A DNA stretch of 64,000 nucleotides, taken from Burkholderiales bacterium (GTDB lineage: Bacteria > Pseudomonadota > Gammaproteobacteria > Burkholderiales > SG8-39). The stretch's first letter is position 1; each line of letters opens with the position of its first letter. The position numbers were made by a program, and so were the translations under genes. The stretch lies in the NCBI GenBank assembly GCA_035308765.1, contig DATGGA010000026.1:876-64875 (forward strand), written 5' to 3'. Positions 43,593 to 55,352 of this stretch are shown here, piece after piece. A model generated the notes under the pieces. That model was not told the DNA's origin and made no database searches. It worked only from the letters and a program-made list of their open reading frames with translations.

Positions 43593-44180
43593 TCAAGCGT
43601 TTTTTTCCGCCAGGCGCTTGATCAGCCCGTCGATGCCGGAAGTGCGCGTGATCTGGTCGAACTCGGCGCGGTAGGTGAGCACCAGGCTCACGCCGTCGAC
43701 GGTGATGTCGTAGATTTTCCAGCCCTCCGGCGTTTTCTTCATCGCGTAGTCGACCGGCACCGGCGGAGAGCTCTGGCGGATGTACTGGTTGCGCACCACC
43801 GTCTCTGTGGCGCCAGGCGCCAAGTGCAGCGGCAGCACCTTCATGGTCTGGCCGCGGTAGACGCCGATGGCATTGGAGTAGATGCGCACCAGCATCGAGC
43901 GAAACTGGTCCGCGATCTGCGTCTGCTGCTCCGGCGTCGCCGCCTGCCAGGCCTTGCCGGTGGCGAGCGTCGCGGCTTCGCGGAAATCCACGTAAGGCAG
44001 GATCTTCTGTTCGGCGAGCGCGAGCGCCTTCTTGCGGTCGCCGGCCTGCAGCTGCTTGTCGCTTTTGATGGAGTCGAGCACGTCCGCGGTGACTTTGCGC
44101 ACCAGTTCGTCGGGCGCGAGTTCCTGTGCCATCGCGGGCAACGTCAGGAAAAACGACAGCGCGAACAGAAGGTGTTTCAT
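43593..44180 (-). CDS. mlaC: MlaC/Ttg2D-family periplasmic phospholipid-binding protein (orphan copy)
   Basis: 195 aa with a signal peptide. [28 protein letters not shown] and GIDGLIKRL are typical of MlaC. No mlaFEDB genes are adjacent. Confidence 0.85.
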   Translation of the reverse strand: MKHLLFALSFFLTLPAMAQELAPDELVRKVTADVLDSIKSDKQLQAGDRKKALALAEQKILPYVDFREAATLATGKAWQAATPEQQTQIADQFRSMLVRIYSNAIGVYRGQTMKVLPLHLAPGATETVVRNQYIRQSSPPVPVDYAMKKTPEGWKIYDITVDGVSLVLTYRAEFDQITRTSGIDGLIKRLAEKNA

Positions 44181-47100
44181 GCCCGTTTGGACTGCCGGGG
44201 CAGGCCGGGGTTCCTCCGCTCGGCGAGAAATTCCGCCAGCGCCCGGCAGGTGTGGCTGTCACTTTGCAACGACAATGCGGGCGACACGTCGGGCGGCCCC
44301 TGGTAGACGACTTCACCGCCGCCGCTGCCGCCCTCGGGCCCCAGGTCGATGATCCAGTCGGCCTCGGCGATGATGTCCAGGTTGTGCTCGATCACCACCA
44401 CGCTGTTGCCGGCTTCGACCAGGCGGTGCAGCACGCGGATCAGCTTCTCGACATCGGCCATGTGCAGGCCGACGGTGGGTTCATCCAGCACGTAGAGGGT
44501 TTTGCGGTCGGCGCTGGTTTTCGACAGTTCGGTGACGAGCTTGAGGCGCTGCGCCTCGCCGCCCGAGAGCGTCGGGCTCTGTTGGCCGAGGGTTAGATAA
44601 CCCAGGCCCACGTCCTGCATCAGCCGCAGCGCGCGGTGGATGCGCGGGTGCGCCGAAAAGAATTCCACGGCCTCGTCCACGCTCATGGCGAGCACTTCGC
44701 CGATGGTTTTGTCGCGCCAGCGCACCATCAGCGTTTCTGGGTTGAAGCGCAGGCCGCCGCAGGCCTCGCAGGCCACCTTCACGTCGGGCAGGAAGGACAT
44801 TTCGATTTTGCGGATGCCCTGTCCCTCGCAGTTTTCGCAGCGGCCGCCCTTGGTGTTGAACGAGAAGCGGCTCGCGCCCCAGCCGCGCATGCGCGCTTCC
44901 GAGGTGTCGGCGAAGCTCTTGCGGATCGCATCCCAGAAGCCGACGTAGGTGGCGGGGCAGGAGCGGGGCGTCTTGCCGATCGGCGTCTGGTCCACTTCCA
45001 GCACGCGGTCGAGCAATTTGGCGCCGGCGACGGTTTTGCAGCCGACAGGTTTCTTTTCCTGCAGGGAGCGGAACAGCACATCCCTGGCGAGTGTGGATTT
45101 ACCGGAGCCGGAGACGCCGGTGATCACGACCAGGCGATCGAGGGGAATGCGTGCATCGACGTTTTTCAGATTGTGCAGTTTCGCTTTTTGAATTTTCAAA
45201 TCAGGAGACTTTGAAGTCACGGCGCGGCGCGGCTGGATTGGATGTCTCAGGGGTTCCTTGAGGAATTTTCCGGTGAGCGAATCCGGCAGTTTCATGAGGT
45301 CCGCGGCGCTGCCGGCGCCGATGACGCGGCCGCCCAGCTTGCCGGCGCCCGGCCCCAGGTCGATCACGTGGTGCGCGCGGAGGATGGTGTCCTCGTCGTG
45401 CTCCACCACCACCAGCGTGTTGCCCTTGGCCTCCAGTTTCTCCAGCACCCCGAGCAGGATCTGGTTGTCGCGGTGGTGCAGGCCGATGGTCGGCTCGTCG
45501 AGGATGTAGCAGACGCCGCGCAGGTTCGAGCCGAGCTGCGCCGCGAGCCGGATGCGCTGCGCCTCGCCGCCCGACAACGTCGGCGCCGAGCGGTCCAGCG
45601 TCAGGTAGCCGAGGCCGACCTGTTCCAGGAATTGCAGGCGGCTGTTGAGTTCCGAAAGCAGGTCTTTCGCAATTTCAGCAGCGCGGCTGTTCAGTTTTAC
45701 CGTTTTCAGTTCTTTTTCCAGGATTGAAATGGCCAAAGAACCAAATCCCGCAATATTTTTTCCGTTCCATTGCACCGCCAGCGCTTCGGGATTGAGGCGG
45801 TCGCCGCGGCATTCGGGACAGGGCTGGTCCACTTCCAGCCATTCGATCCAGGAATCGAGCACGTGGTCCTCGGTGCCGGTGCGCGAGCGCTCCGCGTCCC
45901 AGCCGACGTCCTTCAGTTCCAGCCCGGTGCCGACACAGGCCTTGCACCAGCCGTGGCGCGAGTTGTACGAGAACAGGCGCGGATCGAGTTCGGCGAAGCC
46001 GCGGCCGCAGGACGGGCAGGCGCGCTTGGTGGAAAACGATTGCGGTTTTTTCGCAAGAATTTGTACCGCGCCTTTTCCTAATTCCAGGGCTTTTGAAAGT
46101 TCTCTTCGAAGTTGAATCTCGGAAGAAGGCGAAATCTTGATCGTTGCCACCGGGAGCTCGATGCTGTGTTCCTTGAAGCGGTCGATCCGCGGAAAAGGCA
46201 GCACCGGCAGCAGCTTGCCGTCCACGCGCAACTGGGAGTAGCCCTTGCTGCGCGCCCACTTTGCGAGTTCCGTATAGACGCCCTTGCGGTTGACGATCAG
46301 CGGAGCGAGGAGGGTGACGTGCTGGTTTCTGTAGTCTTTCAGTATCCTGGCCGCGATCACTTCCTCGCTCTGCGGCTCGATCGGCACCCGGCAATCGGGG
46401 CAGTACTGGGTGCCGAGCTTGACGAAGGCGAGGCGCAGGAAGTGGTGCACCTCGGTGAGCGTGCCGACGGTGCTTTTCCTGCCGCCGCGGCTGGTGCGCT
46501 GCTCGATCGCGACCGTGGGCGGGATGCCGAAGATCGCGTCCACGTCGGGGCGCGAAGCTCCCTGCACGAACTGGCGCGCGTAGGCGTTGAGCGACTCGAG
46601 GTAACGCCGCTGGCCTTCCGAGAACAGGATGTCGAAGGCGAGGGTGGACTTGCCCGATCCCGACACGCCGGTCACCACCGTGAAGCGGTTGCGCGGCACC
46701 TCGACGTCGATGCCCTTGAGGTTGTGCTCCTTGGCGTTGTGGATCTGGATGGCGGTGCCGAGGTACCGGCCGGCAGGCTCGGTTGCTTTCAGGGATTGCA
46801 TGAAAGCTTTTTCGTAATCCCTCAGCGCTTTGGCCGTATGGGAGTCCGGATGCTTGGCCACGTCCGCGGGCGCTCCCGCGCAGACCAGCTCGCCGCCGGC
46901 GTCGCCGCCTTCCGGGCCGAGGTCGATGATCCAGTCGCAGGCGCGGATCACATCCAGGTTGTGCTCGATGACGAGCAGCGAGTGCCCGGCCTCCAGCAAC
47001 TGCCGGAACGCGCGCAGCAGTTTCGCCACGTCGTCGAAATGCAGGCCCGTGGTCGGTTCGTCGAACAGGAACAGCTTCGCGGTCGTGGTGCTGCCCGCCT

Positions 47101-49564
47101 CGGCGAGGTGTCCGGCCAGCTTGAGGCGCTGCGCCTCGCCGCCGGAGAGCGTCGGCACCGGCTGGCCGAGGCGCAGGTAGTCGAGGCCGACGTCCTTGAG
47201 CGGCCGCAGCTTCGCCACCAGCTCCGCCTCGTTGCGGAAGAAATACAGCGCTTCCGATACCGTCAGGTCGAGCGCGTCGGCGATGGACTTGCCGCCGATC
47301 TTCACTTCCAGTATCTCCGCCCGGAAGCGCCGGCCGTCGCAGTCGGGGCAGCGCAGGTAGACGTCCGACAGGAACTGCATCTCGACGTGCTCGAAGCCGT
47401 TGCCGCCGCAGGCCGGGCAGCGCCCGTTGCCCGAGTTGAAGCTGAAAGTGCCCGGGGTGTATTTCCTTTGCCTGGACTCCGGGGAATTCGCGAACAATTT
47501 CCTGATGGAATCGAAAGCCCCGACGTAGCTTGCCGGGTTGGAGCGCGTGGTCTTGCCGATGGGCGACTGATCCACCATCACCACTTCCTCGACCTGGTCT
47601 GCGCCGCGCAGCGCCAGGTGCGCGCCCGGCGCCTCGGTCGGCCTGCCTTGGGCCTTGCGCAACGCAGCATAGAGCACGTCCTGCACCAGGGTCGATTTAC
47701 CTGAGCCGGAAACGCCTGTCACGCAAACCAGCCGCTCCAGCGGAATGACCACGTCGATGTTCTTGAGATTGTGCTGGCTAGCTTTTTCTACTTTCAGGAA
47801 CTTTCGTGAAGAAGAAACGGACAAGGGAGTCCCCGCTTTCTTCCTTCCTGAAAAATACTCGGCGGTAATGGTGCTGGATTTCCGGAGTTCTTCGGGCGTG
47901 CCGAAAAATGCCACTTCCCCGCCGCGCTCCCCCGGTCCCGGGCCGATGTCGAGAATGCGGTCGGCGGCGAACATGATCTGCGGGTCGTGCTCCACCACCA
48001 CCAGCGAATTGCCCGCGTCGCGCAGCTGCTTCATGACGTCGATCACGCGGCCCATGTCGCGCGGATGCAGCCCGACCGAAGGCTCATCCAGCACGAACAG
48101 CGTGTTCACCAAAGAGGTGCCGAGGGCGGTGGTGAGGTTGATGCGCTGCACTTCGCCGCCCGACAGCGTGCGCGACTGCCGGTCCAGCGTCAGGTAGCCA
48201 AGGCCGACGTCGCAGAGGAATTTCAGCCGCGTGCGGATTTCAGTGAGCAGCAGGTCGGTGGCTTCATCCAATTGTTTTGGAATTTCAATGTTTTTAAAAA
48301 AATCTCTTACCTTATCCAAGGGCAAAAGCATCAGGTCGTGGATCGAAAGCCCGTTCACTTTCCACAGCATGGAATCCGGCTTCAGGCGCGTGCCGTGGCA
48401 GGTCTGGCAGGGCGTGTAGGCGCGGTACTTCGACAGCAGGACCCGGATGTGCATCTTGTAGGCCTTGCTCTCCAGCCACTTGAAGAAGCGCTGCACCCCG
48501 TACCAGGTGCCGGGCCAGGATTTACGCCAGTTCACCCACTCCGGTTCGCCTTCCAGCACCCAGGCCTTGTGGGCTGGTTTCAATTCCTTGAAGGGAACAT
48601 CCAGGGGAATTCCCCGCTTCTTCGCGTACTTGACCAGGTCGTCCTGGCATTCCTTGAAGCTCGGGGATCGCCAGGGTTTGATGCAGCCTTCTCTCAAAGA
48701 AAGCCTTTCATTGGGGACAACCAGACCAAAGTCCACGCCGATCACTCGCCCGAACCCGCGGCAGGTCTCGCAGGCGCCCAGCGGCGAGTTGAAGGAAAAC
48801 GCCGCCGGCGTCGGCTCCGAATATGAAATGTCGCAGTCGGGGCAGTGCAGGCCGGAAGAGAATTTCCACGGCTTGCCGCCCTCAGGAAACACGTTCACCT
48901 TGCCCTGGCCTATCTTGAGCGCGCTTTCCAGCGCCTCGATAACGCGCGCACGCTCCGCCGAGCCGACGCGAAAGCGGTCCTGGATCACTTCCAGCGAAGT
49001 CTTGCTGCGTTCGTGGATCCGCGTATAGCCCTGCGCTTCCAGCAGCTGCAGGATTTCCTTTTCGCCGAAGTTCTTCGGGATGATTACCGGGAACGTGACA
49101 ACCAGCCTCTGGTCGGGTTGTTGTTTCAGAAAGGCGAAAATCGATTCAGGCGTGTCCCTGACCACCGGCTTGCCGCAGCCCCTGCAAAACAGCTTTGCCG
49201 CCCGCGCGTACAGCAGCTTCAGGTGGTCGTTCAGCTCGGTCATCGTGCCCACGGTGGAGCGCGAGGTGCGGACCGGGTTGGTCTGGTCGATGGCGATGGC
49301 CGGCGGGATGCCGTCGATGGCGTCCACCTGCGGCTTGTCCATGCGGTCGAGGAACTGGCGCGCGTAGGGGCTGAAGGTCTCCACGTAGCGCCGCTGGCCC
49401 TCGGCGTAGAGCGTGTCGAAGACGAGCGAGGATTTGCCCGATCCCGACACGCCGGTGACGACCACCAGTTCCCCGTTCGGGATCGCGAGCGTGAGATTCT
49501 TGAGGTTGTTCTGCCTGGCGCCGCGGATGTGGATCGCGTCGGCGGGGGGTGCTTCCTGCTTCAC
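44177..49564 (-). CDS. Tandem-duplicated UvrA-like ABC ATPase (two UvrA units, four nucleotide-binding modules)
   Basis: 1,795 aa. Four Walker A GVSGSGKS motifs (residues 38, 617, 966, 1483), four LSGGE signatures and six Cys4 zinc modules. The N-terminus [14 protein letters not shown] matches the UvrA start. GTG start. Confidence 0.9.
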   Translation of the reverse strand: MKQEAPPADAIHIRGARQNNLKNLTLAIPNGELVVVTGVSGSGKSSLVFDTLYAEGQRRYVETFSPYARQFLDRMDKPQVDAIDGIPPAIAIDQTNPVRTSRSTVGTMTELNDHLKLLYARAAKLFCRGCGKPVVRDTPESIFAFLKQQPDQRLVVTFPVIIPKNFGEKEILQLLEAQGYTRIHERSKTSLEVIQDRFRVGSAERARVIEALESALKIGQGKVNVFPEGGKPWKFSSGLHCPDCDISYSEPTPAAFSFNSPLGACETCRGFGRVIGVDFGLVVPNERLSLREGCIKPWRSPSFKECQDDLVKYAKKRGIPLDVPFKELKPAHKAWVLEGEPEWVNWRKSWPGTWYGVQRFFKWLESKAYKMHIRVLLSKYRAYTPCQTCHGTRLKPDSMLWKVNGLSIHDLMLLPLDKVRDFFKNIEIPKQLDEATDLLLTEIRTRLKFLCDVGLGYLTLDRQSRTLSGGEVQRINLTTALGTSLVNTLFVLDEPSVGLHPRDMGRVIDVMKQLRDAGNSLVVVEHDPQIMFAADRILDIGPGPGERGGEVAFFGTPEELRKSSTITAEYFSGRKKAGTPLSVSSSRKFLKVEKASQHNLKNIDVVIPLERLVCVTGVSGSGKSTLVQDVLYAALRKAQGRPTEAPGAHLALRGADQVEEVVMVDQSPIGKTTRSNPASYVGAFDSIRKLFANSPESRQRKYTPGTFSFNSGNGRCPACGGNGFEHVEMQFLSDVYLRCPDCDGRRFRAEILEVKIGGKSIADALDLTVSEALYFFRNEAELVAKLRPLKDVGLDYLRLGQPVPTLSGGEAQRLKLAGHLAEAGSTTTAKLFLFDEPTTGLHFDDVAKLLRAFRQLLEAGHSLLVIEHNLDVIRACDWIIDLGPEGGDAGGELVCAGAPADVAKHPDSHTAKALRDYEKAFMQSLKATEPAGRYLGTAIQIHNAKEHNLKGIDVEVPRNRFTVVTGVSGSGKSTLAFDILFSEGQRRYLESLNAYARQFVQGASRPDVDAIFGIPPTVAIEQRTSRGGRKSTVGTLTEVHHFLRLAFVKLGTQYCPDCRVPIEPQSEEVIAARILKDYRNQHVTLLAPLIVNRKGVYTELAKWARSKGYSQLRVDGKLLPVLPFPRIDRFKEHSIELPVATIKISPSSEIQLRRELSKALELGKGAVQILAKKPQSFSTKRACPSCGRGFAELDPRLFSYNSRHGWCKACVGTGLELKDVGWDAERSRTGTEDHVLDSWIEWLEVDQPCPECRGDRLNPEALAVQWNGKNIAGFGSLAISILEKELKTVKLNSRAAEIAKDLLSELNSRLQFLEQVGLGYLTLDRSAPTLSGGEAQRIRLAAQLGSNLRGVCYILDEPTIGLHHRDNQILLGVLEKLEAKGNTLVVVEHDEDTILRAHHVIDLGPGAGKLGGRVIGAGSAADLMKLPDSLTGKFLKEPLRHPIQPRRAVTSKSPDLKIQKAKLHNLKNVDARIPLDRLVVITGVSGSGKSTLARDVLFRSLQEKKPVGCKTVAGAKLLDRVLEVDQTPIGKTPRSCPATYVGFWDAIRKSFADTSEARMRGWGASRFSFNTKGGRCENCEGQGIRKIEMSFLPDVKVACEACGGLRFNPETLMVRWRDKTIGEVLAMSVDEAVEFFSAHPRIHRALRLMQDVGLGYLTLGQQSPTLSGGEAQRLKLVTELSKTSADRKTLYVLDEPTVGLHMADVEKLIRVLHRLVEAGNSVVVIEHNLDIIAEADWIIDLGPEGGSGGGEVVYQGPPDVSPALSLQSDSHTCRALAEFLAERRNPGLPRQSKRA

Positions 49565-49636
49565 CCCGTCATTCTATCGTTGTGCGTGCAGCGGCGGCGC
49601 GGGAAAAGCGGTCTTCCAGGAGATAATCCCCTGACA

Positions 49637-51031
49637 ATGAGCCGGGAACGGGCGATAGCCCACGCAGAGAAGTACTTCGACGAGGGCGGATTCTTCGCCG
49701 ACCTCGCGCGCCGCGTCGCCATTCCCACCGAAAGCCAGAATCCGGATCGGGGCGCCGATCTCGCGCGTTACCTCTCGAGTGAAATGCAATCCAGCTTCGA
49801 GCGTCTCGGCTTCCGCTGCCGCATCTTCGACAACCCCAGCGCCAAATACGGCCCGTTCCTGGTCGCGGAGCGCATCGAGGATCCGGCGCTGGTCACGGTC
49901 CTGTCGTACGGCCATGGCGACGTGATCCGCGGGCAGGAAGCAAGCTGGAAGCCGGGCCTGGATCCATGGGTGCTGAAGCGCGACGGCGAGCGGCTCTATG
50001 GCCGCGGCACTGCCGACAACAAGGGCCAGCACAGCATCAATCTCGCCGCCGTCGCGGCCGCGCTCGAAACGCGCGGCAAGCTCGGCTTCAATATGAAGGT
50101 GCTGATCGAAACCGGCGAAGAGGTGGGCTCCCCGGGCCTGAAGGAATTCTGTTCCCGGAATAAGGATCTTTTAAAGGCCGATGTGTTCATCGCCTCCGAC
50201 GGGCCGCGCCTGCAGCCGGGCCAGCCGACGATCTTCCTCGGCTCGCGCGGCGCGTTCAACATGGATCTTGTGGTGGACCTGCGCGAAGGCGGTCACCATT
50301 CTGGCAACTGGGGCGGGCTGCTCGCCAATCCGGGCGTCATCCTCGCCCACGCGCTCGCGAGCATCACCGGGCCGAAGGGCGAGATCAAGGTGAAGGAATG
50401 GCGCCCGGATACGCTTACCCCCTCGGTGCGCGAAGCGCTGTCGGGGCTGGAAGTGGACGGCGGCGTTGACGGCCCGAAAGTGGACCCGGACTGGGGCGAA
50501 CCCGGCCTCACGCCCGCGGAGCGCGTGTTCGGCTGGTCGAGTTTCGAGGTACTGGCTTTTACGGCCGGCAATCCCGACAAGCCGGTCAACGCCATTCCGC
50601 CGCGCGCGAGCTGCCACTGCCAGCTGCGCTACGTTGTAGGTGTCGATCCGGCCGATATCGTGGCGGCGCTCGAGCGCCACCTCGCCGGTGCCGGGTTTCC
50701 GATGGTGAAAGTGACCGCCGCGCGCGAAGGCTTCTTCCCGGCGACGCGGCTGGACCCGCAGCATCCCTGGGTTGTCTGGGCTAAAAAATCCCTGGAAAAA
50801 ACCAGTCTAAAACAGACGGCGATTCTGCCCAATCTGGGCGGCTCGCTGCCGAACGACGTTTTTTCCGACCTGCTCGGCCTGCCGACCGTCTGGATCCCGC
50901 ACTCCTATGCCTCCTGCAGCCAGCACGCGCCGAACGAGCACATGCTCGCACCCGTGGCGCGCGATGCGCTGCGCCTCATGGCCGGGCTGATGTGGGACCT
51001 GGGCGAGGCAGGGACACTGCCTCGCGCTTAA
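49637..51031 (+). CDS. M20 family metallopeptidase (dipeptidase/ArgE-DapE-CPG2-like)
   Basis: Start trimmed to ATG 49637 (MSRERAIAHAEKYF...). YGHGDV, GRGTADNKG and ETGEEVGSPG metal-ligand motifs. Confidence 0.85.
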   Translation: MSRERAIAHAEKYFDEGGFFADLARRVAIPTESQNPDRGADLARYLSSEMQSSFERLGFRCRIFDNPSAKYGPFLVAERIEDPALVTVLSYGHGDVIRGQEASWKPGLDPWVLKRDGERLYGRGTADNKGQHSINLAAVAAALETRGKLGFNMKVLIETGEEVGSPGLKEFCSRNKDLLKADVFIASDGPRLQPGQPTIFLGSRGAFNMDLVVDLREGGHHSGNWGGLLANPGVILAHALASITGPKGEIKVKEWRPDTLTPSVREALSGLEVDGGVDGPKVDPDWGEPGLTPAERVFGWSSFEVLAFTAGNPDKPVNAIPPRASCHCQLRYVVGVDPADIVAALERHLAGAGFPMVKVTAAREGFFPATRLDPQHPWVVWAKKSLEKTSLKQTAILPNLGGSLPNDVFSDLLGLPTVWIPHSYASCSQHAPNEHMLAPVARDALRLMAGLMWDLGEAGTLPRA

Positions 51032-51387
51032 CCGCCCGTATAAGTGCAGCTCTGGCCGAGCGAGTCGCGCCGCACGGTGACGCGGGCGAGCGATCTCAGT
51101 TGCGGCGCAAGCTGGTTCCAGATCCAGACTGAAAGGTTTTCCAGGCTCGGTTTTTCCAGGCCCTGGATCTCGTTCAGCATGCGATGGTCGAGCGCCCCGC
51201 GGATTTTTTTGCATGCTGTTTCGATGCCGTCGAAATCCACGACGAAGCCGGTAGCCGCATCCGGCTTGCCGCTGACGGCGACCTCGACCTGGAACGAATG
51301 GCCGTGCACGCCCCGGTAGGGATGACCGTCGGGGTAGTTCTCGAAGCGGTGCGCGGCGTCGAAGCCGAAGCGGTAGCAGAGTTCCAT
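51028..51387 (-). CDS. queD: 6-carboxy-5,6,7,8-tetrahydropterin synthase
   Basis: 119 aa with FDAAHRF, HGHSF and DHRMLNE motifs. Confidence 0.92.
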   Translation of the reverse strand: MELCYRFGFDAAHRFENYPDGHPYRGVHGHSFQVEVAVSGKPDAATGFVVDFDGIETACKKIRGALDHRMLNEIQGLEKPSLENLSVWIWNQLAPQLRSLARVTVRRDSLGQSCTYTGG

Positions 51388-51392
51388 GATGC

Positions 51393-52022
51393 CTAGGGAA
51401 TGCCGATGAGCTTGTGGGATTGCAGGCTCAGGCGCCAGCGCGGGTGCGCGAGGCAGTAGTCCACCGCGAGCCTGGTGTTTCGCGCCTTCTCGGGGCCGTC
51501 CATGGGCTGCAGGAAAAAGTGCTCGAAGGCGAGCCCCTCGAATTTGGGCGGCTCGGCATCGGCCTGCGGGTACACCAGCTTCAGTTCATTGCCGCGCTCG
51601 AGCACCAGCGGCGCGCCGGCCTTCGGGCTGACGCAGATCCAGTCGATGCCGGGCGGCGCCGGTTGGGTGCCGTTGGTCTCGATGGCGACGCGGAATCCCG
51701 CCTCGTGCATCGCCTCTACAAGCGGCGCGTCCAGCTGCAGCAGCGGCTCGCCTCCGGTACAGACGACCAGGGGCGCCGTCGAGTTCGCAGGCAGCGCCGC
51801 TTGCAGCGCGCGCACCAGTTCGGCGGGCGCGGCGAAGCGCCCGCCGCCCGCGCCGTCGGTGCCGACGAATTCGGTGTCGCAGAAGCGGCAGACGGCGGTG
51901 GCGCGATCCTGCTCCCGCCCGCTCCAGAGGTTGCAGCCTGCGAAGCGGCAGAACACCGCCGGCGTACCGGCGTTCGCGCCTTCGCCCTGCAGCGTGTAGA
52001 AGATTTCTTTTACGGCGTACAT
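51393..52022 (-). CDS. queE: 7-carboxy-7-deazaguanine synthase (radical SAM)
   Basis: Start trimmed to ATG 52022 (MYAVKEIFYTLQGEG). Cx14CxxC cluster motif CNLWSGREQDRATAVCRFC; sits next to queD. Confidence 0.9.
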   Translation of the reverse strand: MYAVKEIFYTLQGEGANAGTPAVFCRFAGCNLWSGREQDRATAVCRFCDTEFVGTDGAGGGRFAAPAELVRALQAALPANSTAPLVVCTGGEPLLQLDAPLVEAMHEAGFRVAIETNGTQPAPPGIDWICVSPKAGAPLVLERGNELKLVYPQADAEPPKFEGLAFEHFFLQPMDGPEKARNTRLAVDYCLAHPRWRLSLQSHKLIGIP

Positions 52023-52074
52023 GGGGCGATTATCCAATAAAGGCGATAATCTCGGCCTTTTTTCCGGAACGCCG

Positions 52075-53733
<1,659 letters not shown>

Positions 53734-53743
53734 TCCGCGGCGC

Positions 53744-54565
53744 ATGACGGCCCGTGATATGCGTGGGCCGCTGTTGACTCAAAAGGTCGCCGAAGCGCTG
53801 CGCGCCGGCGCGTCCGCGGTCGAGTGCTCGCTGGATCTCGATCGGTCGACGACTACCGTTGAAGTGGATACAGAAGGGTGGACCTGGCGGGGCCGTCGTT
53901 TCCCCTATCTGGAATCCGCCAAGGAACGAACCATTTACTACTGGACCGGCGACAGCTTCCAGCCCGCTGCCCGCTACGCGGGCTCGCTCATCAAACTGGT
54001 GCCGACGGAATGGGGACCGCCTACCTTCGAAATCGACGGCATCAAGATGCTGGTCACGTCGCGCGTGTCGCCTTACGCGGATGCCGAACGCAAGGTCGGC
54101 CTGATCCAGCCGCGCGGCAAGGTGATCCTGGATTGCTGCGGCGGCCTGGGCTATTTCGCAGCCTGGTGCATGGCGGGCGGAGCAAAACTGGTGTTGTCCT
54201 ACGAGAAGAACCCCGACGTCATCTGGCTGCGCGGCCTGAATCCGTGGTCGCCCGCTGTTGGGGGCGCCTTGACGCTGACTCAGGGGGACATCTCCAAGGA
54301 GATTTTCGGCCTCGCGGCCAATTCAGTGGACGCGATCCTGCACGACCCGCCGCGCTTCGGAATCGCGGGGGAGCTTTATTCGCAAGCCTTCTACGACCAG
54401 CTCGCCAGGGTGCTCAGGTGCAGGGGCAAGCTGTTCCATTACACCGGCACGCCGAACAAGCTCACCAGCGGCCGCGACGTGCCTAACGAAATAGCGAAAC
54501 GATTGCGCCGGGCCGGGTTTGTTGCAGAGCTGCACGGCGACGGGGTGCTGGCAGCGAAGAGCTGA
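53744..54565 (+). CDS. Class I SAM-dependent methyltransferase (DPPxF motif) with uncharacterised N-terminal domain
   Basis: 273 aa. Motif I VILDCCGGLGYFA and motif IV HDPPRF (RlmI/RsmD-like). The ~120-aa N-terminal region was not recognised. Confidence 0.6.
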   Translation: MTARDMRGPLLTQKVAEALRAGASAVECSLDLDRSTTTVEVDTEGWTWRGRRFPYLESAKERTIYYWTGDSFQPAARYAGSLIKLVPTEWGPPTFEIDGIKMLVTSRVSPYADAERKVGLIQPRGKVILDCCGGLGYFAAWCMAGGAKLVLSYEKNPDVIWLRGLNPWSPAVGGALTLTQGDISKEIFGLAANSVDAILHDPPRFGIAGELYSQAFYDQLARVLRCRGKLFHYTGTPNKLTSGRDVPNEIAKRLRRAGFVAELHGDGVLAAKS

Positions 54566-54574
54566 GCTGCGGCC

Positions 54575-55336
54575 TCAGCGCCGATAGTCGGTGCCCTTTT
54601 TGTCGATCACGCGCAGCAACGCGTTCCATTCGTGGACGCCGAAATCGGGTTTTGCCCGGGCCGACTTCATGTATGCCGCCACTCCGTCGATCACGTGGTC
54701 CGCGATCGGCACCGGCGGTTCTCCGAGAGAGCGCGAAATCAACTCGAGCTCGCAGGCGCGTTCCAGCATGTAAAGCCGCTGCAAGGCGCCCGGAATGGTC
54801 GGCGCATGCGTCAGCAGGCCGTGATTTTGCAGCACGACACAGGCGCCTTTGCGGCAGCTCACGCCCAGCGCGTCGCATTCCTCCTGCGTCGCCGGCAGGC
54901 CGTATTCGTGGTACACGACTTCATCCAGCACGTTGAGCGCGTCCTGGCTGATGGGGCGAAGGCCTTTGCGCATCAACGAAACGCCGGCGCCGGCGCGCGT
55001 GTGCGTGTGCATCACGCAATTGGCGTCGGGCCGTGCCTTGTAGACGCCGCTGTGAATGGTGAATCCGGCCTCGTTGAAGCGGCCCTGCCGGCCGAGCACC
55101 CTGCCTTCGAGATCCATCTTGATCAGGCTCGATGCCGTGATCTCGTGGAACATCTCTTCGTAGTGATTGATCAGGAAAGCGCCGGGTTCGCCCGGCACGC
55201 GAGCCGACATGTGCGTATTGATGACGTCGGTCCATCCGAAATGGTCCACCACGCGGTAGAGGGCCGCGAGATCGCATCGTGCCTGCCATTCGGCCGCGCT
55301 CATGTCGGGTGCATGTACTTTCGCTGATGCAGTCAT
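54575..55336 (-). CDS. Class II aldolase/adducin family protein
   Basis: 253 aa with VMHTHTRAG and HGLLTH-type motifs. Confidence 0.85.
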   Translation of the reverse strand: MTASAKVHAPDMSAAEWQARCDLAALYRVVDHFGWTDVINTHMSARVPGEPGAFLINHYEEMFHEITASSLIKMDLEGRVLGRQGRFNEAGFTIHSGVYKARPDANCVMHTHTRAGAGVSLMRKGLRPISQDALNVLDEVVYHEYGLPATQEECDALGVSCRKGACVVLQNHGLLTHAPTIPGALQRLYMLERACELELISRSLGEPPVPIADHVIDGVAAYMKSARAKPDFGVHEWNALLRVIDKKGTDYRR

Positions 55337-55352
55337 CGTTTCCTCGCTGATT

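Noticed and set aside
49565-49636. Looked for an SOS (LexA) box of the CTGT-N8-ACAG type upstream of the tandem uvrA-like gene.
   Set aside because: No such motif is visible in the 72-bp divergent spacer, only a TAGAAT hexamer. Absence by eye does not exclude a non-canonical LexA site.
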